Source: Candidatus Micrarchaeia archaeon (GTDB lineage: Archaea; Micrarchaeota; Micrarchaeia; Burarchaeales; Fermentimicrarchaeaceae). From it: a stretch of 64,000 nt of DNA. The notes under the pieces are model-generated. The model did no database searches and was not told where the DNA came from. It was given only the letters and a program-made list of their open reading frames with translations. This document shows, one piece after another, positions 1-10,718 of the stretch. A program made the position numbers and the translations under genes. The DNA lies in contig JAVZHX010000001.1 in assembly GCA_038871515.1 (NCBI GenBank), positions 477,697 to 541,696 on the forward strand, given 5' to 3'. The stretch's first letter is position 1, and each line of letters begins with the position of its first letter.

Positions 1-1154
1 AACCCAAAGTATTTTTGAATGTTCTCAGCGTTCTTTTTCTCCTTGCAGAGCAGTTTTATAACTGGGAAAAAAATGGAGATTGCATCCTTTGATGAAACAT
101 GGCACATCCTCCCTATCTTCACTCCAATATTTGCTTTCATAGCTCTCTCTCCCCTGCTGCTTCCCAGCTTGCTTATTATTTTTGGAAACTGATATTTCAC
201 AAACTTGTGGTAACGCTCCTTCTTAGCAAGCGCAACTCCTGCAGTTGCCAAATCGTTTGAATACCTGAGGAAACCCCAGTGCTGCCTTCTGATAATTCTC
301 CCATCAAAAATATCTGCTCTTGAAAGTGAATCATACGCTCTTGCAACATCACCCACGTCATCATACTCCAGCGGTATATTCTCCTCAACCCATCTGACAA
401 ACATATCCCTGTCATCAACATTCCAAATAGTTTCTCGTGCCTCCTCATACCCTTCTGCTTTAAGAACAGCTCTCACCAAATCAAACATTCCTTTCTCCCT
501 ATCTCTCTCTCCTATAACATCAGGTGAGCCAACTCCTCCCTCCCCAATTGCCTGCAAGTCATTTATTGCAGACCTTAAATCACCTGAGCTGTTAGATGCA
601 ATTTTTGCGATAATCTCCTCGCTGATTTTCACCCCTTCCTTCTCTGCAATTTTTTTCAGAAGCGATGCAATTGTTCTTGAGTTAACTCTTCTCATCGCAA
701 GGTTTGTGCATGCGCTTCTCAAAGTTGCAAGGGACGGCTTCCATATGTCGTTTGCAGTTAGCATAACTGGCTGCTCCGCACCTCTTACTATCTCAAGTAT
801 AACCTTGCTTCCTCCCCTATCTGCTTTCTGAAGCCCATCAACTTCGTCAATCAAAATTAGTTTTTTTCCCCCAAACAGGTTGCTTGAAGCAGATGCCTCC
901 CCAATAACTCTCCTCACGCTTTCCTCGTCCCTCAAATCGCTCGCATTCATCTCAACAACAGGCCAGCCCATTGAGGAAGCCAGCACGTATGCAAGCGTGC
1001 TTTTGCCAACTCCCGCGGGTCCATGAAGCAGTATCGCTTTGCCCTTCCTCCCTCTCTCCCAATCAAACGCCCACTTCTTAACCTCCTCCACAATTTCAGA
1101 GTTTCCTGCGAACTGCTCAAGCGTTTTTGGGCGGTGCTTGTCACACCAAAGCAT
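1..1154 (-). CDS. rfcL: Replication factor C large subunit (3' end runs off the window)
   Basis: Not in the ORF track. Manual translation from the ATG at 1154 gives MLWCDKHRPKTLEQFAGN...ILLHGPAGVGKSTLAY...EMNASD...LIDEVDGL...GDLRSAINDLQ, which are the RFC boxes plus Walker A/B. Confidence 0.92.
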   Translation of the reverse strand, partial: MLWCDKHRPKTLEQFAGNSEIVEEVKKWAFDWERGRKGKAILLHGPAGVGKSTLAYVLASSMGWPVVEMNASDLRDEESVRRVIGEASASSNLFGGKKLILIDEVDGLQKADRGGSKVILEIVRGAEQPVMLTANDIWKPSLATLRSACTNLAMRRVNSRTIASLLKKIAEKEGVKISEEIIAKIASNSSGDLRSAINDLQAIGEGGVGSPDVIGERDREKGMFDLVRAVLKAEGYEEARETIWNVDDRDMFVRWVEENIPLEYDDVGDVARAYDSLSRADIFDGRIIRRQHWGFLRYSNDLATAGVALAKKERYHKFVKYQFPKIISKLGSSRGERAMKANIGVKIGRMCHVSSKDAISIFFPVIKLLCKEKKNAENIQKYFG

Positions 1155-1188
1155 AGAATAATTAAACTTGGATGGTTATTATATTCCT

Positions 1189-2358
1189 ATGCTCATAGGA
1201 GTTGTTGGGAAGACAAACACGGGCAAATCAACTTTTTTCTCAGCTGCAACTCTTGTTGATGCAAAAATTGCGCCTTTTCCTTTCACAACAATAAACCCAA
1301 ATGTTGGGAAAGCATATGTCAGGGCTGCGTGCCCGTGCAAAGAGCTTAATGTGAAATGCAACCCAAGAAACTCACTCTGCGAGAATGGGGTGCGTCTGAT
1401 ACCAATTGACTTAATAGACGTTGCTGGGCTTGTGCCAGACGCCCATCTTGGGAAGGGACTTGGTTTGAAGTTTCTTGATGATTTACGGAGTGCAGATGCG
1501 CTTATCCAGGTTGTTGATGCATCTGGAACAACTGATGCAGAGGGGAAGCAGTGTGATTTTTATGACCCTGCAAACGAAGTTGTTTTCCTTGAAGAGGAGA
1601 TGAGCCACTGGATAGCCGGAATAATAAAAAGGAGCTGGAGCAGGATAAAAGGAAAAAACATTGATTCCCTTGCAGGACTTCTTTCTGGTTTGAAGGTGAC
1701 GCAGGAAGAAGTTGAGAAAGCCGCTTCCCAACTCTTTCTTGCAAAGGAGAATATAAACTGGAGTGATGAGGATATACTTGCATTTGCAAGAGAAGTTAGA
1801 AAAATTTCAAAGCCAATCATTATAGCTGCAAACAAGATTGATTTGCCAAACGCAGATGAAAACTACAGGAAGCTCAGGGAGCGCTTTAAGGATAAGATAA
1901 TTGCGCCAACGTGTGCTGAGGCTGAGCTTGCGCTCAGAAAGGCAGCAAAGCAAGGGGTTATTCAATACGTGCCAGGTGACAGCAACTTCAAAGTAATCTC
2001 GCAAAACCTGCAGGAGAAGCAGCTTTCTGCTTTGGAGTTCATAAGGGAGAGAGTGCTTCTGAAATACGGGGGAAGTGGGGTGCAGGAATTGATAAACAAG
2101 GCTGCTTTTGAGCTGCTGAAATTGATTGTTGTCTACCCAGTTGAGGATGAGAATAAATTTTCAGATCATTTTGGGAATGTGCTTCCAGACGCAATTCTCA
2201 TGAAACAGGGTTCAACCGCATTTGATTTGGCTGCAAAAATACACACGGAGCTTGCTGATAAATTTGTATGCGCTGTTAATGCAAGAACTAAGATGAGGGT
2301 GGGAAGGGAATACGTGCTGAAAAACAATGATGTGATTAGAGTTGTTGCATCTAGATAA
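1189..2358 (+). CDS. ychF: YchF/OBG-family ATPase (archaeal type) with C-terminal TGS domain
   Basis: GKTNTGKST, PFTTI, DVAGLV and NKID motifs; TGS-like C-terminus. Start placed at the ATG at 1189. Confidence 0.93.
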   Translation: MLIGVVGKTNTGKSTFFSAATLVDAKIAPFPFTTINPNVGKAYVRAACPCKELNVKCNPRNSLCENGVRLIPIDLIDVAGLVPDAHLGKGLGLKFLDDLRSADALIQVVDASGTTDAEGKQCDFYDPANEVVFLEEEMSHWIAGIIKRSWSRIKGKNIDSLAGLLSGLKVTQEEVEKAASQLFLAKENINWSDEDILAFAREVRKISKPIIIAANKIDLPNADENYRKLRERFKDKIIAPTCAEAELALRKAAKQGVIQYVPGDSNFKVISQNLQEKQLSALEFIRERVLLKYGGSGVQELINKAAFELLKLIVVYPVEDENKFSDHFGNVLPDAILMKQGSTAFDLAAKIHTELADKFVCAVNARTKMRVGREYVLKNNDVIRVVASR

Positions 2359-2400
2359 GTTTAAATACTCAACCCCACCACTTCTTTTATAGGTGGTCGT

Positions 2401-2721
2401 ATGCCAGCGAAAGCTAAAAAAGTTGAAAAAAGCGAGAAGAAGGATGGGTTGATATACATTTTAATATACTTCTTCCCTTGGTTAACTGGCTTGATTTTCT
2501 ACCTGGTGGAGAAGGAGGATAAGAAAATAAGGTTCCATGCAATGCAGTCAATACTTCTTGGGATTGTAATCTGGCTGTGCTGGCTTTTCTTCTTCCTAAT
2601 AGTGACGCCATTTATCGGAATACTGCTTTGGCTCTATGGCTTATACGTGGGTTACAAGGAATCTCAGGGGGAAACAATCAGAATACCTTACCTTGCAGAG
2701 TTTGCGGACAAATACGTTTAA
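2401..2721 (+). CDS. DUF4870-like small membrane protein
   Basis: RFHAMQS motif, three hydrophobic segments, GE..RIPYLAEFA C-terminus. Confidence 0.8.
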   Translation: MPAKAKKVEKSEKKDGLIYILIYFFPWLTGLIFYLVEKEDKKIRFHAMQSILLGIVIWLCWLFFFLIVTPFIGILLWLYGLYVGYKESQGETIRIPYLAEFADKYV

Positions 2722-3791
2722 TTTTTTATTTTTATCAACCTCGTCCTACCTTTCCCTACTTTGCTTTTCATCTCCTCCGCAGTCAGAAAACCCAACTCAC
2801 ATAATCTGTTCACATAATTCCTTATGCTCCTATCAGTTTCATCTTTAAATTTTTCATAAAGCTCTTTGCTTGTCACCTCTCCCCTCTCTTTAACAAACTC
2901 ATAGATTTCCTTCTCCTTTCCGCTGAGCTTCTTCCCTTCCTCATCTCCAACTTCCTCAAACGCTTTTCTCACGTGCTCCTCCCTTACCTTCTCAGCATTC
3001 TCCCTCTCTGCAATTTTACCTGCTTTCCAAAGTAGATTTATTGCAAGTCTCGCATCCCCGTTATTTTTCGCAGCTCTTGCAGCGCAGAGAGGTATAACCT
3101 CCTCAGAAAGAGTTTCTGGGTAAAAAGCAAGCTTTGCCCTGCTTTTCAAAATATCTTTCAACTCAATTGGAGAGTACTGCTTGAAGAGAAGCTGTTTTTG
3201 AACAAGGGAGCTTTTTATTCTCTGGTCAAGCTTAACCAAAAACTCGCTGCTGTTCGTTATAGCAACAACGCCAAAGTTAACTGAGAAAAGCTCCTTCCCC
3301 CTTGCCAAATCATACAAAACCTTCTCCTCATCATACTGAGTTGCAAACAACCTGTCAACTTCATCAAGCGCAATCACAGGAGTTTTTTTCTCCTTTTTCA
3401 AAACTTCTGCAATTCTGTCAATTATCTCATCTGTTGAAATCCCTCTTCTTGGAAGAAACTCACCAAGTGACTGAGCAATGTTGCTTAGTATTGAGTGCCT
3501 TGTGCTGAACTCCCAGCAGTTTATATAAATTGGGATAACTCTTTGTGAGTACTCCTGAAGCTGTTTGAAAACATATTTCACAGAAGAGGTTTTGCCCGTC
3601 CCGCTGCTTCCAGTAATCAGCATATTTTCAACTCTCTTTCCTTCAGCAGCCCCTTTCAGAGAAAAAGCAATCTCCTTTATCTGCTCCTCCCTATGCGGCA
3701 TCACCTCTGGCAGGTAATCGGGCATAAGCGCTCTTTCATCTTTGAATATCTCTTTTTCAGCAGAAATTCTCCTGAAAATATTTTCAGCCAT
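2718..3791 (-). CDS. cdc6: Orc1/Cdc6 replication initiator
   Basis: YLPEVMPHREEQ, Walker A GSSGTGKT, Walker B LDEVD, GDARLAI and a C-terminal wHTH. Confidence 0.93.
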   Translation of the reverse strand: MAENIFRRISAEKEIFKDERALMPDYLPEVMPHREEQIKEIAFSLKGAAEGKRVENMLITGSSGTGKTSSVKYVFKQLQEYSQRVIPIYINCWEFSTRHSILSNIAQSLGEFLPRRGISTDEIIDRIAEVLKKEKKTPVIALDEVDRLFATQYDEEKVLYDLARGKELFSVNFGVVAITNSSEFLVKLDQRIKSSLVQKQLLFKQYSPIELKDILKSRAKLAFYPETLSEEVIPLCAARAAKNNGDARLAINLLWKAGKIAERENAEKVREEHVRKAFEEVGDEEGKKLSGKEKEIYEFVKERGEVTSKELYEKFKDETDRSIRNYVNRLCELGFLTAEEMKSKVGKGRTRLIKIKN

Positions 3792-3939
3792 AATACGCGT
3801 GTATTAGTTTTTTGTAGTTAAAAACATTTTGTTTGAATTCTTATCATCTCGCAGAAGTAGTTTTACTGTTTCAGCTATTACATAATTTACGGAGGAAGTG
3901 AATTTAATTACTTTCCCTTCTTAATACATACGGAGGCAT

Positions 3940-5169
3940 ATGTTCATAGCAGACTTTCACATCCATTCCAAATACTCACGTGCAACAAGCTCAAATATGG
4001 ATGTGGAAAGCATAGCAAAGTTTGCAAAGTTAAAAGGAATTTCACTGGTTGGAACTGGGGACTTCACCCACCCCCTCTGGCTAGAGGAGTTGAAGAGGAA
4101 GCTGAAACCAGTTGGGAATGGACTTTTTGATTACGACGGGGTTCTCTTCATGCTTACTGGAGAAGTAAGCAATGTGTTCAGAAGAAATGGGAAGCTGAAG
4201 CAGATTCACAACATACTTTTTGCTCCTTCTTTTGAAGTTGTTGAGCAGATAAATGAACAGCTTGAAAAGAGGGGAGATTTGAAAGCAGATGGAAGGCCAT
4301 CGCTTGATATGAGCGCTGCTGAGCTTGTTGAAGTTGTGAGGGGCGTTTCAAGCGAATGCATGATTATACCTGCTCATGCATGGACTCCTTGGCGTTCCAT
4401 CTTTGGCTCCTCCTCTGGTTTCAACTCAGTTGAGGAGTGCTTTGAGGAGCAGAGCAAATATATATTTGCTTTGGAAACCGGTTTAAGCAGCGACCCAAAA
4501 ATGAACTGGATGCTCAGCTCTCTTGATAGATACACTCTAATCTCAAACTCAGATAGCCACTCCCCGCAGAAAATAGGGAGGGAAGCCAATGTATTTTCAT
4601 TTAAGGAAGCCAGCTACTCTGAAATAATTGATGCGGTGAGAAGGAAAGATAAAAATAAGTTTGTAATGACTGTTGAGTTCTTCCCGGAGGAGGGAAAATA
4701 CCATTATGATGGGCATAGAGCTTGCAACGTTCGTCTTCCACCCGAGGAGAGCATCAAGAGAAATAACACCTGCCCTGTTTGCAAAAGAAAACTGACAATT
4801 GGAGTGATGCACAGAGTTGCCGAGCTTGCTGACAGAAAATACTGCTACACCCCAGAGAATGCAATTCCGTTTGTGCATGCAATACCACTGGATGAGCTGA
4901 TTGCAAGCGTTAGAGGAAAACATGCAACTACGCAATCTGTGCAGAAGGAATATTTCTCCATACTTGCCTCTGCTGGGACTGAATTTCACATACTGCTTGA
5001 AGCATCGTATGAGGAGCTTGCAGAAAAAATACCAAAAGAGATAGCAGACGCTGTGATGAAGGTGAGAAGGGGAGAAGTTGAGATACTCCCTGGTTACGAT
5101 GGAGTTTATGGTGAAATAAAACCAATTGCAACAAAAGGAGGGCAGAGCAATCTTTCAAAGTTTTTCTGA
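3940..5169 (+). CDS. endoQ: Endonuclease Q family (PHP domain + Zn finger) with C-terminal PIP box
   Basis: DFHIHSKYS, GTGDFTHP, PAHAWTP, ETGLSSD, NSDSHS, GKYH..C and CPVC motifs; terminal QSNLSKFF matches the PCNA-interacting motif QxxLxxFF. Confidence 0.88.
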   Translation: MFIADFHIHSKYSRATSSNMDVESIAKFAKLKGISLVGTGDFTHPLWLEELKRKLKPVGNGLFDYDGVLFMLTGEVSNVFRRNGKLKQIHNILFAPSFEVVEQINEQLEKRGDLKADGRPSLDMSAAELVEVVRGVSSECMIIPAHAWTPWRSIFGSSSGFNSVEECFEEQSKYIFALETGLSSDPKMNWMLSSLDRYTLISNSDSHSPQKIGREANVFSFKEASYSEIIDAVRRKDKNKFVMTVEFFPEEGKYHYDGHRACNVRLPPEESIKRNNTCPVCKRKLTIGVMHRVAELADRKYCYTPENAIPFVHAIPLDELIASVRGKHATTQSVQKEYFSILASAGTEFHILLEASYEELAEKIPKEIADAVMKVRRGEVEILPGYDGVYGEIKPIATKGGQSNLSKFF

Positions 5170-5203
5170 AACAATTATTAATGTCAAACTTCAAAACCCA
5201 ATT

Positions 5204-6214
5204 ATGAAGGAGGCAATGCTTTACGAGAAGTTAGATGGGAAAAGGGTGAAGTGCAAGCTGTGCTCGCGCAGGTGTCTTATACTTGATGGGAAAAGAGGGT
5301 TCTGCGGAGTGAGGGAGAATAGAGGAGGAGTTCTGTATTCGCTGGTTTATGGAAAGTGCGCTTCTTGGGCGATTGATAAAATTGAAAAGAAACCATTCTA
5401 CCACTTCTTCCCAGGCACGGATTCATTTTCTTTTGCAACAGTTGGTTGCAACTTCAGGTGCCTGCACTGCCAGAACTGGGAGATAAGCCAAGCAAACGAG
5501 ATATTTGGGGAGGAGCTGCTACCCCAGCAGATTGTCCAGCTTGCAAAAAGATACAGGTGCCAGGGAATTGCGTACACGTATACTGAGCCGACTGTTTTTT
5601 TTGAGTATGCGTATGACACCGCGGAGCTTGCAAGAAAGGAGGGGTTGTATAATGTTTTTGTGACAAATGGTTACATGACACCAGAAACAATTAAGGAAAT
5701 GAAAAACATAGATGCAAGCAGAATAGACTTAAAATCAATCAACGACAAGTTTTACAGAGAGGTATGCAGCGCAACAGTTGAGCCAGTGTTGAACTCAATC
5801 GAACTGCTTCACAAAAAGGGGCATATTGAAATTATAAATTTGATAATACCAACAAAAAACGATTCAGAGGAAGATTTGAGGGAGTTGTCAAAGTGGGTTG
5901 CGGAGCTTGATAAAGATATACCACTGCACTTCACCGCTTTCTACCCAGCAAATAAGATGCTTGATGTTCCGCCAACTCCTTTGAAAACTCTTGAAAAAGC
6001 AAGAAAGATTGCAATGGAGGAAGGGGTGAGGTATGTTTATACAGGTAACGTCCCTGGGCATGAGGGGGAGAACACCTACTGCTACAACTGCGGGGAGCTT
6101 CTCATACAACGCTATGGCTTCAGCATACTGAAATACAATATAACAAGTGATAAAAAATGCCCAAAGTGTGGAAAGAGCATAAAAATAATCACTGAGCTTG
6201 CAAAAAGTATTTAA
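5204..6214 (+). CDS. amrS: AmmeMemoRadiSam-type radical SAM enzyme (PFL-activating-enzyme-like)
   Basis: N-terminal CKLCSRRC..CGVR, IEKKPFYHF, CNFRCLHCQNWEISQ (CxxxCxxC), YTYTEP. Confidence 0.88.
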   Translation: MKEAMLYEKLDGKRVKCKLCSRRCLILDGKRGFCGVRENRGGVLYSLVYGKCASWAIDKIEKKPFYHFFPGTDSFSFATVGCNFRCLHCQNWEISQANEIFGEELLPQQIVQLAKRYRCQGIAYTYTEPTVFFEYAYDTAELARKEGLYNVFVTNGYMTPETIKEMKNIDASRIDLKSINDKFYREVCSATVEPVLNSIELLHKKGHIEIINLIIPTKNDSEEDLRELSKWVAELDKDIPLHFTAFYPANKMLDVPPTPLKTLEKARKIAMEEGVRYVYTGNVPGHEGENTYCYNCGELLIQRYGFSILKYNITSDKKCPKCGKSIKIITELAKSI

Positions 6215-6246
6215 CTTTACTAACTCAATAGAATGCGGGTAGTGAA

Positions 6247-7308
6247 ATGAAAGGTTTGGATGAGCTTCTGGAGATGTTTAAAAGCAAGAAGAAGCTTGAG
6301 CTTGGAGAAGTTGCAAAAGTTTTAAACCTTCCGGAAAGCTCAGCTCTGTTCTGGGCTAGAACGCTGAAGCAGGATGGAATACTGGATATTGTGCAGGAGA
6401 GCGGAAAGACGTTTCTTATCCTTGCAAAGGAGAAACCTGAGGAGAAGGAGCTGGAAGCGCCAACCGAAACAATACCCGCAAGCAAGCTTTCCAAGTTAAT
6501 TGAGGAGTATGCTGAGAAAGTTGAAGAGATGAAGAAGAAGAGCGCGGAGATTAAAAAATTGGAGAAGGAGCATGCAGATGTAGTGTACAAGAGTTATGTG
6601 CCACTTGAGAGGAAGTTTGAGGTTGAGCTGCACATGATGGCTGAGCAGCTTGCAGATAAGGAAGCAAAAATAAAGGAGCTTGACAGCAGAGTAAAAGAAG
6701 TTCCAAAGAGAATAACAATGATAGAATCGCAGGCGCAGAAGCTTGAGAGAATAGAGTCATATATCCGATTTAGCTTGGAGAAATCAAGAGCCAGAATAGA
6801 TAAAGAAGTTGATAGAATAGAGGAGATACGCTCCCTTGTTGAGCGCTATACAAGTGAAGTGAATAGAAGAATAGACGATCAGGTTGTGAGCATAAGGAAT
6901 GTTCAGAAGGAGCTTGCCAAACTGAAAAAAATGGAGGATTGGATATACCTGCAACAGGATATGCTTGAGAGGAATATGAAGGAATACTCGGAGATGAGGA
7001 AGCGCAGTTTAGCTGAGCTTGAGGAGCTTAGGGATGTGATGCGCGCCGGGTTTGTGAAAAGGTATGAGAAGGAGCTCAGGATGCTGAAGGAGAAGCATCT
7101 TGCGGAGATAGAGGAGATAAAAAAGAGGGAGAAGGAATACCAGCAGAGAATAGAGGAGCAGAGGAAGGAGCTTGCCAAGCTTACTGAGGAAGCAGAGAGA
7201 ATTCTGAACACGTTTGAGCAGATTTCAAAGAAAAAAATTAAGGTGGAGAAGGAGGAGAAGCCGTTTATAGGTGAGATTGAGAAAGTTTCTCCTGCTGGAA
7301 TAGAGTGA
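6247..7308 (+). CDS. Hypothetical protein: N-terminal wHTH-like domain plus long coiled coil
   Basis: [30 protein letters not shown] is HTH-like; the remainder is E/K-rich heptads. Confidence 0.7.
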   Translation: MKGLDELLEMFKSKKKLELGEVAKVLNLPESSALFWARTLKQDGILDIVQESGKTFLILAKEKPEEKELEAPTETIPASKLSKLIEEYAEKVEEMKKKSAEIKKLEKEHADVVYKSYVPLERKFEVELHMMAEQLADKEAKIKELDSRVKEVPKRITMIESQAQKLERIESYIRFSLEKSRARIDKEVDRIEEIRSLVERYTSEVNRRIDDQVVSIRNVQKELAKLKKMEDWIYLQQDMLERNMKEYSEMRKRSLAELEELRDVMRAGFVKRYEKELRMLKEKHLAEIEEIKKREKEYQQRIEEQRKELAKLTEEAERILNTFEQISKKKIKVEKEEKPFIGEIEKVSPAGIE

Positions 7309-7318
7309 GGTGTTTTGT

Positions 7319-8563
7319 ATGGGATTGAGGGAAACTGACCCCGAGGTTTACGAAGCGATAAGGAATGAGCTGAACAGGCAGAGGTATGGGTTGGAGTTGA
7401 TTCCATCTGAAAACTTCACAAGCGTTGCGGTGCTTGAAGCTCAGGGAAGTGTTTTAACGAACAAATACTCCGAAGGGTATCCTGGAAAAAGGTATTACGG
7501 CGGCAATCAGTTCATAGATGTAACTGAAACGCTGGCAATTGATAGGGCGAAGAAGCTTTTTGGGGCGGAGCATGCAAACGTTCAACCTCACTCTGGAAGT
7601 CAGGCAAATATGGCTGCGTATTACGCTTTTCTTGAGATTGGGGATAAGATGATGGGGTTGAGTTTAACTCATGGAGGGCATCTCTCCCAAGGAAGCCCAG
7701 TGAATTTTTCAGGGAAGTGGTATAAGGTTGTTCCATACTACTTAGATAAGGAAACTGAGATGCTTGATTATGATGCAATAAAGAAGATTGCGGTTGAGGA
7801 GAAGCCGAAGTTAATTCAGTGCGGTTATACCGCTTACCCAAGGGTGATTGACTTCAAAGCATTTAGAGAAATAGCAGATGAGGTTGGAGCTTACTTTATG
7901 GTGGATATGGCGCACATAGCAGGTTTGATTGCAGGGGGAGCACATCCATCACCTGTTCCATATGCCGATGTTGTGACAAGCACAACTCATAAAACGCTCC
8001 GTGGGCCGAGAGGGGCAATCATCCTTTGCAAGGAGAAGTATGCGCAGAGTATTGATAAAGCAGTTTTCCCAGGTTTGCAGGGAGGGCCGCTTGACCACGT
8101 GATTGCTGCGAAAGCAGTTTGCTTTAAAGAGGCGATGCAGCCAAGCTTTAAGGAGTATGCGAAGCAGATTGTTAAAAACGCAAAAGCGCTTGCAGATGAG
8201 CTGATGAAGCTTGGTTTTAGACTGGTTTCTGGTGGGACGGACAACCACCTGATGCTTGTGGATTTAAGAAATAAAGGGATGACTGGCAAGGAGGCTCAGG
8301 AGCTGCTTGACAGCGTTGGGATAACTGTCAACAAAAACACAATTCCATACGACCCCCAGAAACCATTTATAACAAGTGGGATAAGGTTGGGCACTCCCCC
8401 ACTTACAACAAGAGGGATGAAAGAAAGTGAGATGAGGGAAGTTGCTGGGATGATTGCAAAGGTGCTTGAAAGCAAAGGAGATGCTGCCGTGCTTGAGAAA
8501 GTGAGAAAGCAGGTGAGGGAGCTCTGCGAGAGATTCCCCCTTTACTCCTCCATAGGTATGTAG
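7319..8563 (+). CDS. glyA: Serine hydroxymethyltransferase (bacterial, THF-type)
   Basis: [44 protein letters not shown] (PLP Lys). Confidence 0.97.
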   Translation: MGLRETDPEVYEAIRNELNRQRYGLELIPSENFTSVAVLEAQGSVLTNKYSEGYPGKRYYGGNQFIDVTETLAIDRAKKLFGAEHANVQPHSGSQANMAAYYAFLEIGDKMMGLSLTHGGHLSQGSPVNFSGKWYKVVPYYLDKETEMLDYDAIKKIAVEEKPKLIQCGYTAYPRVIDFKAFREIADEVGAYFMVDMAHIAGLIAGGAHPSPVPYADVVTSTTHKTLRGPRGAIILCKEKYAQSIDKAVFPGLQGGPLDHVIAAKAVCFKEAMQPSFKEYAKQIVKNAKALADELMKLGFRLVSGGTDNHLMLVDLRNKGMTGKEAQELLDSVGITVNKNTIPYDPQKPFITSGIRLGTPPLTTRGMKESEMREVAGMIAKVLESKGDAAVLEKVRKQVRELCERFPLYSSIGM

Positions 8564-9397
8564 ATGGGAAGGATAATTGATGGAACTGCAATTGCGAAGG
8601 AGCTGCTTGATGAGCTGAAGCTTCGTATAAAGGAAAGTGGAGTGAAACCAAAGCTGGCTGTTGTAGCTGTTGGAGATAGCGCTGCTTCAAAAATATATTT
8701 GAAAAGCAAGGAGGCAGCCTGCTCACATACGGGAGTGTTATTTGAAAAATACATTCTCCCACCTTCAACTTCAGAGGAGGAGCTTATCAACTTAATAAAG
8801 GAGCTGAATGAAAGCGATGCAGATGCAGTTATGCTTCAGCTTCCACTCCCAAGCAGAATAAATGCTGAAAAAATAATACAACTAATTGAACCATCAAAGG
8901 ATGCGGATGGAGTTCACCCACTCAACCTTGGGAAGCTTCTTGCAGGAGACGAGTCAATTCCACCATGCACTCCGGCTGGCGTGATTGAGCTTTTGAGGAG
9001 AAGCGGAATAAGCGTTTCTGGAAAAAATGCAGTTGTTGTTGGGAGGAGCAATATTGTGGGAAAACCACTCGCAGCAATGCTGCTGAACAGGGATGCAACT
9101 GTCACAGTATGTCACAGCAAAACAAAAAATCTGGCTGAAATCACAAAAAAAGCTGAGCTGCTTGCAGTTGCAGTTGGAAAGCCAAACTTCATAACAGCGG
9201 AGATGGTTAGGGAAGGGGCAGTTGTAGTTGATATTGGGATAAACAAACTTGAGGGAAAAACTGTTGGGGATGTTGATTTTGAGAGAGTTAAGGAAAAAGC
9301 ATCAGCAATCACTCCCGTGCCCGGCGGAGTTGGGCCGATGACTGTGGCTTCGCTGATAAAAAACACTTTCTCCCTAGCTCTTGCAAGAACTGGCTGA
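8564..9397 (+). CDS. folD: Methylene-THF dehydrogenase/cyclohydrolase
   Basis: QLPLP, KDADG, PCTP, GRSNIVGKP, TPVPGGVGPMT. Confidence 0.97.
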   Translation: MGRIIDGTAIAKELLDELKLRIKESGVKPKLAVVAVGDSAASKIYLKSKEAACSHTGVLFEKYILPPSTSEEELINLIKELNESDADAVMLQLPLPSRINAEKIIQLIEPSKDADGVHPLNLGKLLAGDESIPPCTPAGVIELLRRSGISVSGKNAVVVGRSNIVGKPLAAMLLNRDATVTVCHSKTKNLAEITKKAELLAVAVGKPNFITAEMVREGAVVVDIGINKLEGKTVGDVDFERVKEKASAITPVPGGVGPMTVASLIKNTFSLALARTG

Positions 9398-9401
9398 TTG
9401 A

Positions 9402-10679
9402 ATGAACTACACGGAGGCAATTCGTTATTTAAACAGCTTTGGCAGGTTTGGAAGCAAGTTAGGTTTGGTTAGAATAAATAGAATGCTTCAGCTTCTTGGA
9501 AACCCCCACACAAGCTTCAAGGCAATTCACGTTGGCGGGACAAATGGGAAGGGTTCGGTATGCGCAATGCTGGGCAGCATACTTCAACAGGATGGTTTTA
9601 GAGTTGGTTTGTACACTTCACCGCATTTGGATGACTTCAGGGAGAGAATTGTTGTTGATGGAAAATATATTTCAAGAGAGAAACTCACCTCGTTTGTTGA
9701 AAGGATAAAACCAATTGTGAATGAAACTAAAAAACTCTCCCACCCAACATTTTTTGAAGTGACAACTGCAATTGCATTTGATTATTTTGCATATGCGGGA
9801 ATTGATTATGCGGTTGTTGAGGTGGGGTTAGGTGGCAGACTGGATGCGACAAACGTTATAACTCCAGAAGTTTCAGTGATAACAAACATAGGGTTGGAGC
9901 ACACAGATGTGCTTGGGGGAACAGTTCGTTCTATTGCAAGGGAGAAAGGAGGAATAATAAAGGAGGGGGTTCCTCTTGTAACCGCTGAAGAAAAGAAGGA
10001 AGCGTTGCAGGTTTTTAAGAAAATATGCAGAGAGAAGGAAGCAGAGCTGATAATGCTGAAGGGGATGAAACTCAGAAAAATTAAATGCGATGCGAGCGGT
10101 TCTGTGTTTTATTTGAAAACAAAGCTGAGAGATTACCCCTCGCTTAAAGTTAACCTTCTCGGAGAGCATCAAATAAAAAATGCTGCGGTGAGTGTTCTTG
10201 CCGCAGAGCAGCTTCCAGTTAGTGAAAAAGCGATAAGAGATGGTTTGGTGAAGGCAAGGTGGCCAGGAAGATTGGAGGTTGTTCAAAGAAAACCGCTTGT
10301 TGTGATGGACTGCGCGCATAACCCACCAGCAATGGAAGCTTTGAAAAATTCACTGAAACTTTTCAAATACAACAAACTAATTCTTGTGATTGGAGTGATG
10401 AGAGATAAGGAGATAGATAGAATAGTTGAGCAGATAGCTCCACCAGCGGATTTTATAGTGATAAACAAACCAAATTTTGAAAGGGCAGCTGAGCCAGAGA
10501 GAATAGAGAAGGAAGCGAGGAGGTATGGGAAAGACGTGAAAATAGTGAGAGATGTCAAAAAATCAGTAAGATACGCCAAATCAATTGCAGGGAAAGATGA
10601 TATGGTTCTCATCACGGGTTCAATCTATATGCTGTCTGAAGCAAGGGCAAAGAGAACAAAGGAGAGGCTTGCGCAGTAG
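9402..10679 (+). CDS. folC: Folylpolyglutamate/dihydrofolate synthase
   Basis: HVGGTNGKGS, YTSPHL, EVGLGGRLDATN, WPGRLE, DCAHN. Confidence 0.96.
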   Translation: MNYTEAIRYLNSFGRFGSKLGLVRINRMLQLLGNPHTSFKAIHVGGTNGKGSVCAMLGSILQQDGFRVGLYTSPHLDDFRERIVVDGKYISREKLTSFVERIKPIVNETKKLSHPTFFEVTTAIAFDYFAYAGIDYAVVEVGLGGRLDATNVITPEVSVITNIGLEHTDVLGGTVRSIAREKGGIIKEGVPLVTAEEKKEALQVFKKICREKEAELIMLKGMKLRKIKCDASGSVFYLKTKLRDYPSLKVNLLGEHQIKNAAVSVLAAEQLPVSEKAIRDGLVKARWPGRLEVVQRKPLVVMDCAHNPPAMEALKNSLKLFKYNKLILVIGVMRDKEIDRIVEQIAPPADFIVINKPNFERAAEPERIEKEARRYGKDVKIVRDVKKSVRYAKSIAGKDDMVLITGSIYMLSEARAKRTKERLAQ

Positions 10680-10718
10680 TTGCTAATGGTTTTTAAGCTT
10701 CTTGAATATAATTAATTT

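Noticed and set aside
947..1144. ORF-track call suggesting a short or frameshifted gene at the window start
   Set aside because: The real rfcL frame starts at 1154 and runs off the window, so it was simply omitted from the track.
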